Shown: piece by piece, positions 61,834 to 64,000 of the stretch
Layout: every line of letters starts with the position of its first letter
Numbering within the stretch: position 1 is the stretch's first letter
NCBI GenBank assembly: GCA_964036045.1
Contig: OZ038378.1
Span: 15,066,001 to 15,130,000 of the forward strand
Direction: 5' to 3'
Source: Eutreptiella sp. 'Long Island Sound 2002'
Taxonomy: Eukaryota; Protista; Euglenida
DNA: 64,000 bases
The notes under the pieces: generated by a model
Databases searched by the model: none
Told to the model about the DNA's origin: nothing
The model's input: the letters and a program-made list of their open reading frames with translations, nothing else
Position numbers and translations under genes: made by a program

Positions 61834-64000
61834 GGGGGGGGGATTAGCACCACCACCAAGCGACAGCCTTGCTGTATCACACAGCTGCGTGCAGCACAAG
61901 TCAGTGGCTGAGCGGCACAGAGCACAGCACATGGTTCAATGCAAACAGTGCAGCAAGTCTATGTACTTGTTTTGCCTGTGTCCACCCCCCCCCCCCCCCC
62001 AGGAACCGTTCTGTGACAGAACAGCAAAACATATGAAAGCCCAATGGCCCTGGGGGGAGTGTCGCCAAGTGACGGTGGATGGACACCACCGCAGACCAAA
62101 CACTAATCGAACAAATGGTCTTGCTCAAAACAAATGCGTTTGAACACTGTTGAGCTAAGTACAAACGATTCGAGTCTGTCTAAAGAGACTGGCCTTGGAC
62201 GTTTGTGACGCATGAGGCCTCCCATCAGCTGCAATATCACTCGCCTCTGACTTGTGAGCTGGTGCTCGCTAGACTTGCGACCGGACAAATGAGACAATTG
62301 AAAAAATGTGGTGAAAAGGGATGAGCAGTGCACACAGTGCGTGGTGCATCCCAAACCGTGGCTCCACAACAACAGGGTGTCAACTGCGTTGGCCGAACAC
62401 CTCAAAAACCATCCAAAGCCTCCTATCCCACCTTCCACACAACCCCTCATCACATGGATGCTGTCAATAGAATTCAACTCACGTTGCACCCCAAAAATCC
62501 AGTAGCTTGTGGAAAAGGCCCAAAACTAGGGTTAGGGTAGTTGTTGACATAGAAACCTGTGCGCTGCGTGCAAAGTCATCCCGGATGAGTGAGGCACATG
62601 CACAGCCTTTTGGCGCCGCCCTGTTGCAACCCCTTTGCTGCTCTCATGCCCAGCGCCCTATCACCACCCCAGAATGCTTTACCACAAGCTCAGCACTCAG
62701 AACACACGCGGGGGAGGCATGACATTGAATGAATAAATGAATGAATGAAAAGATTGCTGAGGCAGTCGGAGCACATTTGTGCTTCTCTGGAGACCACACA
62801 CAAAATGTACAGGTTGACACAGGCGGACATGCACTGGGCTGAAGAGATCCATGACTCAGGAGTGTCTTGCCACTGCTAAGTACCCGACGCAACACAAAAC
62901 GCAAACTCAACAGATACTACACACGGCACACGATGTAACCCGGGGCCATGATCTCATCACAACATCTGCTCAAACTGCGAGGTCCTCAACTGGTTGCAGC
63001 AAACCAAATCGTTCACAGTGCAAGTACACTGCTGCTACGACATGGGAGGGGGGGGGGTACGGGAGGGATTTGCGCCGCGCACCCCTTTGGAGGTGATTGT
63101 CTCAGCAACAGCCGAACGATTTCCCGCCATCAGACGGAGTTCCTCTTGTAGCTCCGGACACTTCACACTTTCCACTATGCTCTTCCCCCGGCCGGGTCGC
63201 CCCCAGTTGCCCCAATAGTTGCGCCCTGCGCACGCCGCGTGCCTCCACTAGACCCTTATCTATTCGCTTCGCTATGCAACAAAACAAATGGTGCTAAAAA
63301 AATCGTCGTCTGACAGGGTCTCTGGGGCTGGCCACGTCGCGGGGGTCTCGCTGCTCCCCAGCAATCCAAGACTCGCCAGAGATGAGGGTCATCAACTTCA
63401 GGAGTGATACAGTACATGGCAGGACGAAGCCGACGCGTATTGCACTGCAGATACACCGCCTGCACCATGAGGCACCATTGACAGATGTCACATGATAAAG
63501 CAAGGTAAACAGGTGACCCCCGCCCTTGTGCAACGACTGGCAATGGTTTGCTGGATGGACAGGGGGTGACCATCAGGGTCAATTAACGGGGGAAAAGCGC
63601 CGTTTGGCCGCGTTGACTTTGGGGTCCGGAAATGCCACCAAACACTGCACCCGAGGAATGGCATGCTGGGGGCTCACAGCAGCTCAATGGTGTTGCACAA
63701 CGTCCCACTGCAGCAAAGAGACACGCGACATCAACACTCGTCACAGAGACACAAATTCACGTGCATTTGAGGAAGTCGGCACATGTGTCTGTGTCTCAAT
63801 AATCCACATGCAACTCGTACATACGACATGCGCCCTGCATGCACTGCGGGCTACTGTTAGACTTGTATGCCTGGGAAAGGCCTATGGTTATCCCAGTCCA
63901 ACACAAAGTCCCCCCCCCAAAAGGTTCTGTCGCTACAATGCGTCGCCAGCTCCCCCATGGACGATCGCGTCTCACCCATATGCCTCCACCATGGCTATTG

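Noticed and set aside
1-64000. tRNA, rRNA, spliced-leader RNA genes and non-canonical (euglenid-type) introns
   Set aside because: None recognised by eye; all introns I could model are GT-AG. A covariance-model scan and RNA-seq would be needed to exclude them.

Overview
Eukaryotic nuclear DNA from a repeat-rich protist or alga. The style resembles a euglenozoan genome, but this cannot be verified from sequence alone. No rRNA, tRNA, CRISPR or prokaryotic operon was seen. Three host genes are supported: (i) a spliced, membrane-anchored ankyrin-repeat gene on the minus strand (exons 28296-28141 and 23494-23023, possibly 22935-22884); (ii) a divergently oriented, spliced C2-domain gene on the plus strand (exons about 30018-32929; all introns GT-AG with consistent phases); (iii) an intronless, GC-rich 909-aa glycosyltransferase (58437-55708, minus) with two degenerate GT77-like domains and a C-terminal exostosin/GT47 domain. 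The rest is a nested graveyard of mobile DNA: L1/Tx1-like LINE fragments with a C-terminal RNase H; a 2.4-kb Gag + tyrosine-recombinase element with no RT, inserted without a target duplication inside a LINE zinc finger; a LINE 5' inversion; nested PIF/Harbinger-like elements with GGGGG termini and 3-bp TSDs; another TIR family with its MITE; possible KDZ-type remnants; and micro/minisatellites. The best candidate for an undescribed system is the RT-less Gag-YR element at about 1360-3780. Domain calls are by-eye motif recognition, not database searches.
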